Source: Epiperipatus broadwayi
Lineage: Eukaryota > Animalia > Onychophora
Assembly: GCA_028023455.1 (NCBI GenBank)
Contig: JAQFVV010000001.1
Coordinates: 2,170,001 to 2,234,000, forward strand
Reading direction: 5' to 3'
Length of the DNA stretch: 64,000 nucleotides
Position numbers and translations under genes: made by a program. Positions 25,593-38,406 of the stretch are shown here, piece by piece (positions within the stretch are counted from its first letter, which is position 1; every line of letters starts with the position of its first letter). The notes beneath the pieces were generated by a model. It did no database searches and had not been told where the DNA came from. It was given only the letters and a program-made list of their open reading frames with translations.

Positions 25593-26438
25593 CAGGCATG
25601 TCCAACATACAGGCCGCGGGCCAGATCTGGCCCGCGTCATGAGTGTATGTGGCCCCCGGAAGCATTTTTGATTATTGGAAATCGATATATGTAAGTAAGA
25701 TAGAAACTGCACTTTTTTTTTGCTACTTTTCATTGCATCGCAGTTCACAGATTCGCAGTAAGTAACTACAATAAGATTTAGTTTTTTTGTCCCTTAAATT
25801 TTTTATATAAAAGATTTCTTTATGAATTTTCTTTTTGTTTATCTGGATCAGTAATCTGCATGTCATTTTTATTCTCTCCAATTTTAACTTTAATTAAATT
25901 AAATAAATAAATATGAAACAAAAACAATTTTCATTGTACGTTATCTAAAAAATAAATTATACTAACTAAAAAAAGAAAAATAAATTGCGATTTTAAAAGC
26001 TCTTTGTTGTACTTGTTTATAATCGTTTTTTATTTTTTTGAATAACCACTTATAATGATTTTAGTAATACAGTTGTAGTTTTTATAGATATGTTATTGTA
26101 ACGAACTCAACGAAGCTTTTAAACTAGACTACTAGAGCGAGCTTCGATCGCTTTATTGTGAATAAAGCTCTCGTGATTGGATGTAGCTTCTAATTGACAT
26201 GCCTATGCCTTTGCAGTCAATTTTTTTATCACTGTAATTTTTTACGGCAAAAAATATGCAACTCACATATTTTAAGTTAAAAAATTTTTTCATTCTAGGG
26301 ATGACTTCCAGAAAATGAAAAATTGATCTTGAATGCTGTATATTTAATGAAGAATGGAAGTGGAAATATTTCATCCAGCCCGTGAAAAAAGTTTTCTTTC
26401 TAATGTGGCCCTTGGACAAAAACTATTGGCCATGCCTG
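25593..26438 (+). mobile_element. Non-autonomous hAT (Charlie/SPIN-like) element, 846 bp
   Basis: TIRs CAGGCATGTCCAA / TTGGCCATGCCTG with GGCCCGCG-type subterminal motifs. Transposase N-terminal remnant MTSRK*KIDLECCIFNEEWKWKYFI at 26301-26375. Flanks agctat/agctag; no clean 8-bp TSD. Confidence 0.85.
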
Positions 26439-27627
26439 AGCTAGTTAGAAATAACTAAAGAACTCATCCCCCCCTCCCCTTTATTCCACAGTGGGATATA
26501 GAGGAAGTTTGTAAAACTGGGTTTGATTAGCATTTACAAATAAAATTAAATGAAAAATATAATTCAAAATAAATTATAACTGCACTAAATTATAAAAATA
26601 ATAAGCATGAATTGGATGAAAAATTTTATAGTAGATTAATTTGGATTGCAGAGAATCGACACAAAGAAAATAATGCTGATTAGTAAGTTAAAAGAGATTC
26701 AAAATAATGAGAATATTAATTTTAAAGAGTTAGAATTTTGAATTTAGGTACTATGATTATAATGACTTTGGGCTGGTTATCTCAGCATTCTATGGAATGA
26801 AGTACTGATGAATCTTCTGTGGCAGGTGCATTTTTGATGGCATGGGCACACTTGAGTGGTAGGAGTTACATCTCTGCACAGTGAAGTGTCAGGCTGAAGA
26901 TGGAGGGGAAGATGACTTAGGCCCCTCAAAATTAAACAGACGTGAAGTCAGCAACTATTGATCGAACTCTGACACAATAGATTTTTGGCCTTATTTATAC
27001 AAACTTTGAGTTATTCAAAGAATGTTTTTAATTAAACTTTTTAACTCTTAATTAATTTTTTAATTTACAGAAATATTTTCTCTATTGTTAGCAGAGATGC
27101 AATTGCTAGATAACTGTTCAAAATTAAATTCAAATCAATTTCTAGATTGGAAATAGATTTGATAAAAATGTTAACAGCTAACTAAAATCAATTAGCTTTG
27201 TTTTAAATTTTATTTTAATTTAAAATTTTTTTTTATCCATGAAACAAAGTAATGTTCCCACCTCTTTAATTATTCTTGGACAGTTGGTGATTGCATCTTC
27301 CATCTTGAATTTTTATGTAGTTTTATAACAAAAATAATTACAAAATAAATAAGATATAATCAAAGAAAAAAAATACAAAATTATTTACAATATTTGTTTG
27401 TGTTTATATGTATATATCTGAGTTGCATCTAGTGACATTAATATCAAAATAATTAAAGAATTTTTATTTAAAATTTATATTTGTAACTTTTATAGACACT
27501 TCTCAGAAACATACATATAGTTTATATACATATGACAAAAAAAGCAGGATGAAATGTCAGCTGTGGTAGAGCAGTGAAACTCAATCTTAAACTAAGATCG
27601 ACTGTTTCAATATATATATATATATAT

Positions 27628-30026
27628 TGTAAGGGTAGCTTACAATCCTAAAAAAAAGCCTGCATTAGACCACCTCACCCAGTCAAGTTTATCTAAAATT
27701 TATACTTAACCAATAGGTTCTTGAACATATGCTATTTCTTTTTATATAAAAATACGCTATCAATATGTGCATCATTTAATCATGAAATAGTAAATATCGC
27801 AGCTAATTAATTTTAATTTTTTTTTTTTAAAGACTAGAAATAATTGCTTTAAAAGATTCATATAAATGTATATGCATACTAATAACAAACTAACAGTTAG
27901 TGTATCGTACATCACAAATCAAGCAACACAATTTGCATGGACATAGACAAAGCAAGCGTATTGATGACCCAATGTAAGTTGATTGCTAGGTAACCAAGTG
28001 TGGAAAAACAAAATTAGGATTCCATTATGTAATAGCTCTAATCAGTTATGATGTGTGTAATTTAAGTAACAATAGGTAACTATGGAGATAGAATGAAATG
28101 TAAGATATAATATGGCAGTACTAGAAACAATGTGACCTTGTTGTAAAAACTAAGTTTTATACAAAAACGAAGGGAGTTTATATCTGTCATCTTTTAAAAT
28201 AATGTATTAGCAGTAGAAAGTCAATACCAGGAAAGTGAATTTTTAAATGATAAAGAAAATGGATAACATGATCTAAAATACTTGCTCTTTTTTACAAATT
28301 CAATAACATAAGATGAGAAGGAAGTACTATCAGCAATTGGACTAAAAATAAACAAACAAACCTGTGCAGTTTGACAAAATAATTATATTGTTTTTGAACT
28401 GATTAAAAGAAAAAAAAATAAAATGAAATCATTTGTATATGAACAGAAAAGAATAAATCATTGCTAGCTAGTGAAAAGAATGAAGTAATTTAAACTACAA
28501 TGGAATAAAATTTCTGTATATCAGAAAGTGCCGTACAATGTGTTCTGGCTAAATTACCAATGCCACAGGAACCGAATCCCAGTAATTCTAACTATGGAAG
28601 CATGATAACCTCATTTTTTTATACTTATAATGCCTAAAGAAACATCCATCATCCTACATCAAATGTCTACATGCGAATTGAGAGAAATATTGATGGGAGT
28701 ATCGTTACAAGCATGTTTATTTAGAAATTCCAATGAAGGATGAATGTTTATTTAAAAAGATTTGTATGGAGGTTATAGACTGTACATATGAAGGACATTG
28801 TTGCCAATCTCATGGATAATGACAGTCAAGATAATTTTATAGGAATCTTAATTCCGTTATGTTTCATTACTATGTATATAATTGTTTTTATTTTATTTTC
28901 ACGCTTGGAAGCCAAAACAGGTATATTTTGGGAATGTCTAAATAAAATTTAGATCAGCTTACCCTTCTTGACATTGATTATCATGATGTGGGATAAAAGG
29001 TAAGATTTTTAACATTACTTCATATTAAATGCTCACACGTATTACAGGAAAGAATTTATGATATTTGTTTATTGTTTCTTAATAATTATATGTTCATTTT
29101 TTTTGGTATTAATGATTTAATCTTTTTGTGTGATCTTTTCTATCTATAGTAGGGATTTACATATGGGCCAGGGAGTCCCAAAAGGACTGAATATCATTAA
29201 CCTGGATTGGACGATCATGCTACAACAAATGTACCAACATAATAATTTAAATTAGCTAGTTAGCTTCATGGTAGTCTAAAAATTATAATGATTTTTTTTG
29301 CTTTGTAAATAATTGGTGCCAAGTCTTGAACTTCTACCATTGGGCCAGGCATGGGAATTTTAATTATATTCAGTATCAAAATGGTAGAAATCCAACCTTG
29401 CCACAGCCAGTTAAATCGGTTATTTTTGTTAAAACATTTTGAAATATTTTTTGTTGCTGTTTTGTTTCGTTATATAATAAACTGTTATAGAACCTATTTA
29501 TATTGAAGGGGTCTCAAGTTTATTAAAATAATGTTTCATTCACTAATTAAGATGCAATTGGAATTATATGTGCACACATCTCATTCTATATAATAGTGGA
29601 AAATATTTGTGTGGCTAAGTTTATTAAAATAATGTTTCATTCACTAATTAAGATGCAATTGGAATTATATGTGCACACATCTCATATATAGTGGAAAATA
29701 TTTGTGTGGCTATATAAATGAATTGTAACCTATAGAGAGGTACAGTAGTTGTTGGTTTGTGCAGGTTCATTCCTCAAGAGAGTCAATGCCAAAGTCATCC
29801 CTGAGTTTGAATACCAAAACATAGTGGAGCCCAGAAAGGGGTGTTAAGATGTGAATGAACTGGTGCAAATTGTGTCTAGAGTAAACATAGAGCTATCCCA
29901 TGGGAGCTAGATACAATCATCGGTTATGCATTCAGTCATGCCATTGACAGCATCCTACCAGAAGACTAGGTTCGACCATAGTAAGATGAGCTCCTCTCCT
30001 CCGGTTCAAGCAACTGACCTATTACA
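27628..30026 (+). repeat. 5' LTR of element 2 (2399 bp)
   Basis: Colinear with 36049-39662, roughly 15% diverged by eye. Contains a private 101-bp tandem duplication at 29516-29711. Confidence 0.93.
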
Positions 30027-30539
30027 TCTGACACCCCAAATTTAAGGGTATAAAACAGGAAGTTTGCAAGGAGGTCCAGCTATTGGACTTTTTGGAATTT
30101 ATATTTTTCTGATTTTTATAGTAAGCAATTACTTCATCATGAACTTACACATACAACAAACAATTGGTACACCCAATGAGAGTACACATGAGGAATTTAA
30201 ATCAGTTCCAAGTAAACACATAAAAAGGAAATCACGTGTGACATCCTGAATGCAAATTGAATAATGTGGATAAAATAATAAGTTGAGACCAATAATAACT
30301 AATAATTAAATAATAAACAAAACTAAAATAGATGAGTTAGCAAAATAAAAGAACTTGGTTAAAACATAGGTACTAAAAAGCAATATACATGCAAAAAAGA
30401 AGGATCAAATACAAGCAAAATGGTGAAAAGTGGCATAAAACTCTATGGCATATACTTACTTGTATCTTTTAAAAAAGGAAAACTAATGTTATATTCAACT
30501 GTCAGATAAATTAAATATAACAATGAGTGGAAGGCAGTT

Positions 30540-31990
30540 ATTTAATATGGATGTGAAATGTTCTGAAAGGACTCAAAATAATAATGATGGGAAGATGGAA
30601 AATGCTGATATTAGCAGTGTGGGAGGGTCTCCACATATTTACACACCAGGGGATCCATAAACAAGGTTAATCATGCTCCACAGGTACACATCATAGACCA
30701 AGTGACATCTCAAATTCAAGAAACATTTGACAGTGAAATGACCCAAATGCCCAGATCTGAAGTAGCACAGGCTACAGGGGATATGATGACCATGGAATGA
30801 ATATTCCAAGCAATCATGATGATGAAGGCCATCATGTCAACCAAGACTGATATAGAAAACATGGATGTAAAGATGAATAGTATGAAGACTTGAAGGGAGA
30901 CATGAAGGAAAATATGAACAGCATGGAAGCAAGAATAAATGAAAATATGAAGGGCAGCTTGAGTAGTGTAAAGGTAAATTTAAAAATAAAGATCAAGGAG
31001 ATAGAAACTAAACTATCTGTCAATAAACCTGAACAATGTAGAGAGGAACAATGCTGAATTGAGACAAGCAGTAGGAGAGATAAGAAAAGAAGTAGATGAG
31101 GACATGAAATATCAACAGAAGTTAGAAGAACTTAAGAGCAGCATCGCTGTTCAGTTACAACTTAAATGCAATTAAGTGTACCAAAGCTCATGAAATTTTT
31201 AAGGATGAGATATGCATGAAGCAAGAAAAATACCAAGATGAAGTGCAAAGAGAGTTCTAAGACAGCCATATAAGGATGGATCAACTATATATAGTCTTGA
31301 GAGAATATGGAGTCAGAAATGTGAAACAAGGTTTTTGAAGCTATGAGCCATGATTTGAGATGTCTGGAGGACACAATACAAGATGTCCTTAAATGAAACA
31401 ATTTCAGGCAAAACAAATTTGGAGAAGGTTGTAGAAAATGTGAATAAGACATGTGACCAAATCAGTCATATGGATGAAGCCATCAACCAGAGATTCAGAA
31501 TTCTCAAATCCCAGCTGTGCTGAAAGACACAAGCCATTGGGATGTGACAGACTGAAGTGGGCCAAATGACCCAGAGTGATAAGGAGAAATGCATTGTTGC
31601 AGGGAACAACCTAGAGATCGCCATCAAGGATCTTAACAGAATGATGATCCCTCTAAAGAATCTACTTTCCCACATCAGGCAATAACCAGGATAGAAGATC
31701 TTTTCAATTTTAACTTAGAAGGAATAATCCCAAGTACATGTCAAATAAACAAAATACCAACCCTGCAAATGAGCCCCATGGGGATGGATAAAGTACACAA
31801 CCACGCAGCATAGATCAGCATGATAAATCAGTTTGTGAAACTCAAGGTCTTCAAAGGATCAGTGAATGAAACCCCTATACTTCATAAACTATTTTTTCAG
31901 AGAGTGAAAAGCCAATTATCACATACAGTCATCTCCAAGGAGATGAATTGGTGTGGTGGGAATTATTATTCCAAATTCCTTCCACCTTCG
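30540..31990 (+). pseudogene. Degenerate gag-like ORF1 (coiled-coil rich; capsid apparently largely deleted)
   Basis: E/K/M-rich helical fragments at 30.8-31.5 kb. FKGSVNETP (FxGxxxExP-like) at ~31850 is followed almost directly by protease. Confidence 0.55.
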
Positions 31991-31999
31991 ATAAGTAGA

Positions 32000-34900
32000 C
32001 ATTTTGTTTGAGGGTTTGCTAAGTTTATACTCTGGTAGCCAGATATAAGCCCCAACATCAAAACCCTGCTGCTGAAATCAATTCAAGTTACCATGTCTCA
32101 CAATAGAAAGGCAATTAATACAAAAACAGATATGGGTTCAAAGGAGAATTGATCAAACAATACTCTATTATTTGTTTCTCACACTGGATGGCTTAATTCA
32201 TGAGGTCATTTTAAGGGCAGACTTCCTGCACATGAAAAATTGTACTATTGATTTCTGTGATAAAACAGTAAGGGTAAATGAGATCTTGGAGATGACATTG
32301 CTTCCAAGACATGGCCTACCTGAAGCTGACTGCATAGTATCTACATCCCAGAGACCCTCAGAAAACAAAATTGCAGAATTTAATTTACTTGAAAGTGGTG
32401 ATGCAAAGAAATTGCGATCAGTGATTAATGAACTTAGTCCAATTTTCTCTGAAATACCAGGGGTGATAGATCATTTTCAATAGAGAATCAAATTAATCCA
32501 TGACCAACCATTCCAATCCAAATCATATCCTATTCCATATCATTATCAAGAAGAGATATCTAAACAGATTAGCAAAATACTGGATTGGGAGATTATTTTC
32601 AAATGTTCTTTATCCTACTGTAACCCTGTTGCCACTGTGAAGAAGAAAGATGGGTTGAAGAAGAAAGATGGGTTAATGAGATTTTGTTTGGATACCAGGC
32701 AACTAAACAAAATTACAGTTCCTGATAGGAACATCCCACTGCCCATACACAAATTATTTATGAAATTTGGAAATAAAGTGTTCTCCATTTTTAATTTAAC
32801 ATCCAGCTATTGGCAGATTGAACTCCATCCAGAGGATTTCCAATACACTGCCTTCCTGTATGAGGATTTTACCTATCAGTTTAATAGGATGCCTTTTGGA
32901 TTGAACAATAATGGTGCCAGTCTAATTATATGTTTAGATAAAACTATCTCCTGAGGTCAGACATATCACAACCATCTATGTGGATGACACAATAATTGAA
33001 TCTTCTACAATTGAAGAGCATCTTTTAACATCTCATCACATTCTTCAGAGAGTGCTACAAAAAGGGAATAAAGGTCAACTTCAAGAATAATACATTAATT
33101 TGTAATGAAGTGGTCTTCTTAGGTCACATCATTGGTTGCAATGGGATAAGACCTCATTCAGAAAATATCAGTACCATTCAGAACTTTCCAAAAACACTAA
33201 TAGAAAACAAATGCAATCATTTCTAGGTCTGTGCAATTTCTATAATCATTTCTACCAGAAGTTCTCTGATTATATGGAACCATTTCTGAGACTCATTAGA
33301 AAGGATGAGCAATGGAACTGGACCAAGGAGGAGGATGAGGCATTTGCAAATATTATAACAGGATTCTTAGAGCAGATGTTAGCCTTCCCTGATTTTAATA
33401 AACCATTAATTGTTAAAACAAACAGTAGTGGTTATGGATTAGGGGTAACTCTATCCTAGATCCAGGAGGATGACCAACCTGGAAAACCCTACTTTATTGC
33501 CAGCTCCTAAATAGTCCAGAAATAAATTATACAGTTATTAAAAAGGAAGCACTATCAGCAATAATGTGGGCCTCCCGGAAGTTTTGACAAATACTTCTTG
33601 GATCAGAGGTGATAGTGATCACTGACCACAAAAGCCTTAAAATTTCTGAATCACAGCTACCTGATCAACAGTCATCTAGTCAGATGGAGTCTGCTGTTGC
33701 AGGAATTTAATTACACAGTGCACTACTGTAAGGGATCCAAGAACATTGTAGTCGACATGCTTAGTCAAAACTCATGTAGGTCAGAACAGAACTACCTATC
33801 AGTAGATAATGCCTACATTACTAATGTCAATTTAATGATTGATAATTATGTAGAGAATGATATATTACTAATGTCAATTTAATGATTGATAATGAGGTAG
33901 AGAATGATTTACAGTAAAAAGATCCAGATCTTAATCCAATCATTAAAATTTTAAAGGAGAGGAAATTCTGCATGCAGTGAAAGATCTTATCTTTTATAAG
34001 TTAGAGTAGGAGGTCTTACTCCATAAAGTAAACTCAGATATACATGTTGGAGAATAGTAACTCCTAAACCACTGAGGTCCCACTCATAAAATATATACAC
34101 CGTATGGACATTATGGTGCCCATAAGATAGAAAACACCCTTAAGAATTGGTTTTATTGGCCAAAAATTTACTGAGACATCTTGAGATCACTGCAAGATTT
34201 TCTGGTATGCTTACAAGCCAAGCCAGTGAGCCAAAATTACAGTAACACCATTGAAATTAATTATATCAGAGAGATTGAATGAGATCTTAGCGATCAACTA
34301 TTATGGGCCATTACCCCATTTAATAAGCAAAAATATTTGTTGGTTGCATATGATCTCTTTTCCAAGTACATTTCTGCTTATCCAGTGCTCCAAGCTAATA
34401 CTAGGCCTACAATAAAAGTATTAGATACCCTCCAATTCATGGTGGTAGGAAATCCTAGGACCATTTTAACAGATGATGGTACCCCTTTCCTATCTAAGGA
34501 ATGGATGAAATGGGTAGAAAAATTTCAGATAAAACATGCAGGAATCCACAACCAAATCCTTGTGAACGTGTAATGTGGGAGCTTGGATGTTTGTTTAAGA
34601 CTCATCTAGAGGATGAGCACAAAGAGTGGATACAGCAAATGGAACATATAGTCAATTATGTTAATTGGAGTGTAAATTAATCAACTGGAATTGTGTCCAT
34701 TGGACTACACCTTAATCAACCTACATCCATGCTGTTCATGAAATACCAACCCATGATTACACATACTGAAAATGATAAGGAAAAGAGTAGGCAAGGAGCA
34801 TATAAATGGCTCATGAATCCCATATGACTTTAAAGGAGGAGACAAAGTTTATAAGGACCCCATATTTAAACAAACTGTAGGAAAACAAATATAGGTTTTA

Positions 34901-35355
34901 CCAACTATATAAATAATATTTATTTTATAAAGTGCAGACAATTGAAACTAAATTGAATGGCTCCAAATCTCTCATGCTTATTATAATTATAATACTTATC
35001 AGATGTTATGATGACTGTCTGAATAGTAATCAAACAATAAACACATAACTGGCTTAGATATATAGAAAGACAAGTAGAGAAGAGGGTGGACCTCCCTTTT
35101 GTAAAATTCTTTGTCATGTGTTTATGGCTTGATTGCTATTAAGACAGCCATCATAACATCTGATTGGCTGTTAAATATTATAATTATAAAAAGTGCGAGA
35201 AGTTTGCAGCCTTTCAATTTAATTTCACCCATATAAAGAATCTTTCACTATTGTGAAACAATCAGATCTGAGTATATTCTGGATAGAAATTGAAGGAGAA
35301 ATCAGGGTCATGTATAATGCTTACACCTTGAAGCCATATTTCAGAAACTCCACAT
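32000..35355 (+). pseudogene. Degenerate Gypsy pol (protease, RT, RNase H, integrase)
   Basis: LYSGSQI (decayed DSG) and VILRADFL; RFCLDTRQLN, YQFNRMPFGL and IYVDD (~32977); VKTNSSGYGLGVTLS and TDHKSL; YDLFSKY and ILTDDGTPFLS; YNAYTLKPYF. Many stops and frameshifts. Confidence 0.95.
34914..35230. mobile_element. Foldback MITE inserted in the integrase C-terminus
   Basis: Arms ~34941-35046 and 35116-35230 are inverted. Flanked by the direct repeat atataaa (34907-34913, 35231-35237). Removing it restores FYQLYKESFTIV. Confidence 0.8.
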
Positions 35356-35492
35356 AACAACATAGTTACTGTACCCAACATGTGCACCAATGAAAGAATA
35401 GAAAAAGGCAATAGATGAAACATGAAGGGAAAGAGAATTAACATCAAAAAAAGGAAAAAAAACATATTAGGGCAAAATAAGGGTATATCTGG

Positions 35493-35737
35493 TTAAGTGC
35501 TCAAAGGCAACAACTGGGTCACCTTGTGACTAAGTGAGATTTAGGACATAATTTATAGTAGATAATGGACACTCCAATATTCAGTTAGACCTCCCAAAAA
35601 ATTTAATAAGTCTCCTTAAGTGCTCAAAGGCAACAACTGGGTCACCTTGTGACTAAGTGAGATTTAGGACATAATTTATAGTAGATAATGGACACTCCAA
35701 TATTCAGTTAGACCTCCCAAAAAATCTAATAAGTCTC
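35493..35737. repeat. 123-bp tandem duplication
   Basis: ttaagtgctcaaaggcaac...aataagtctc occurs twice with one mismatch. Confidence 0.95.
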
Positions 35738-37188
35738 AACAAAGAGCAGAATGAAGGCTAACAAATAAATGTAGGTGTCCTCTGCAACAGGGACAGATTA
35801 CTGGTTAAGTCCAGACCATAAGGTTAATAAAAAATAAAAAATCTATGCCTAAGTCATGCCTTAGAAGGATGTGTCTAGCAATAAAATGAGTTATGAAGCA
35901 GCATGAATATGGCTGAGGAATAAAAAAAGTAGGAATTGGAGCTCCTTTAAATGCTAGATAGCCTGACATTTGATGTATACCTACGCTATTATGAGTGTTA
36001 AAATTTTTGTCCTAAATTAAAATCTTAACTTTGTAAGGAAAGGGGAGTTGTAAAGGTAGTTTACAACCCTAAAAAAGCCTACATTAAACCACATCACCAA
36101 GTCAAGCTTATCTAAAACTTATGTTTAATCAATAAGTTCTTGAACATAGGCTATTTCTTTTTATATATAATAAATAATGAAATAGTAAATATCCAACAAA
36201 CTAATTTTTTTTTTACTTGAAAGACTAGAAATAAATGCTTTAAAAGAATCATATAAATGTATATGTATACTAATAACAAACAGTCAGTGTATTGTATGTC
36301 ACAAATCAAGCAGTACAATAGCATGGACAAAGACAAGACAAGCATAATGATGACCCAATGTCAAAATGATTGCTAGGTAACTAAGTGTGGAAAAACAAAA
36401 TTAGGATTCTATTACATAATAGCTCTAATAAATTGTGATGTGTATAATTTACAAAGTAATAAGTAACTTTGGCAAGATAGGATAAAATGTAAGATATAAT
36501 ATACCAAGTACCAGAAACAATGTGACTTCATTTTAAAAATTAGTTTTATACAAAAGTGAAGGGAGTTTATATCCATCATCTTTTAAAATAATGCATTGGC
36601 AGTAGAAAGTACCAGAAGAGCAAATTTTGAAATGATGAAGAAAATGGATGACACATTGTAAAATACCTGCTTTTCTTACATATTCGATAGCATAAGATGA
36701 GAAGGAAGTACTATCAGCGATTGGACTAAGAGTAAACAAATAAATCTGGGTAGTGTGAGAAAATAATTATATTGTTTTCAAACTGATTAAAAGAAAAAAT
36801 AAAACAAAATCATTCATACATGAGCAGAAAAGAATAAATCATCACCAACTGGTGAAAAGAACAATGAAGTAATTTGTTTTCCATATAAAACTACCAGACT
36901 ACAGTGGAATAAAATTTATATACATCAGAAAGTGCTGTACGATGTATTCTGGCTAAATTACCAGTGCCATAGGGACTGAATGCCATTAATTCTAACCATG
37001 GAAGCATGAAAATCTCATTTGCCTATTTTTATAAAAAGCATAAACAAACTTCCATCATCCTACATCAAATGTCTACATGTGAATTGAGAGAAATATTGAT
37101 GGGAAGAAATTGAAGCAATTATCATTACAAGTGTGTTTATGTAGAAATTCCAGCAAAGGATCAATGTATATTTAAGAATATTCTGTAT

Positions 37189-38406
37189 TTATAACCTAAT
37201 CGGGCTTGGCCACTTGATGGTGTTCTGGCTCACCAAAACACCTAACAAATGCTGTTTACAAGGCCTTCATTACGGCTATAGAAAACATCTAATGTTTGTC
37301 TTAGCCGTTAGAAGGCCATTGATGATGACATAATGCAGAAATAATATGGCCTATTTCTGCTTCGTGACAGTTATTGTGAATCCATACACTTATCTTTCAT
37401 GTACAGTTTGATATATATGTGTGTATATTGTTATTAGTCAAATTTTTACAATATATGTTACACAATCTTTGTATTTATAATGAATTTAAGGAACCTGACT
37501 TTATAGTAATTTTCCAAATGGCCACACCCTTATTTAGAGAAGGTGTAATGTGTAAAAGCTTTCCGAGAGTACGTCAAAGGAATTTGGCCAAGTTCGCGTG
37601 CGAAATCTCGTTTTCACATGAAATACCACGTAGTTCATAAAATGTCTGGCGATCGTAACTTTTTCCGCAGTTGCCAAAAACAGAAGCCGAGTATTTCTGC
37701 TGTCCAATAAAAATATACACGATTTTTTGTAAATTTCATAGAAAGCACATATTATAAACATGTTTGATAAGTAAAGAAGACATTTATATGTGTTTGTTGT
37801 TGTTTAAAAAAGTTTGAGTTTCTTTCTTTTGTCCGACTATGGTTACGATATTGATATTTTTTATTTTAGCATTACAAACAATAGAACACTAACCCTAAAC
37901 TAACTCTAAAACTAACTCTAAACTAACCCTAAAACTAACCCTAAACTAACCCTAAAACTAACCCTAAACTAACCCTAAAACTAACCCTAAACTAACCCTA
38001 AAACTAACCCTAAAACTAACCCTAAACTAACCCTAAAACTAACCCTAAACCTAACCCTAACCCTACACAGTTGTTTTGTTATGTAGAAAGCAATAATTAA
38101 GGAAAAGACATCGCTAAATAGACATTGCAAAAAAAGTTCTAAAAACAGCGATTTAAAAATAATAAAAAGCTTGTCGTTTACTAAATCCAAAATTAAAATT
38201 AAACAACTTTTTAAATAAAAAAAGTTATATAAATTAAAGTTAAACAACTTTTTAAATAAAAAAAAGTTATAGTAATCAATAAATTAATAACCAAAAAAAA
38301 AAAAACCAGCGATTCGATTTAAAAATAACGTGGCCCCGAACATTGTATTGTATTGTTTTTGACTGCCAACAACACCATCAAGTGGCCAAGCCCGATTACG
38401 TTATAA
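37189..38406. mobile_element. Young non-autonomous TIR DNA transposon inserted in the 3' LTR
   Basis: 36-bp inverted termini TTATAAC(C/G)TAATCGGGCTTGGCCACTTGATGGTGTT with 1 mismatch. Absent from the 5' LTR. CpG-rich interior. Superfamily not assigned. Confidence 0.88.
37889..38065. repeat. Telomere-like array (CTAACCCTAAA[A])n, reading TTT(T)AGGGTTAG on the minus strand
   Basis: About 14-15 units of 11-12 bp, ending in ctaaccctaacccta. Confidence 0.95.

Noticed and set aside
37889-38065. True telomere or chromosome-fusion scar
   Set aside because: The array is short, in one orientation, and enclosed by the TIRs of an element inserted in an LTR.
37987-38247. 86-aa ORF ending RVRVRFRVSFRVSLGLVLGLV
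   Set aside because: The repetitive C-terminus is the telomere-like array read as codons.
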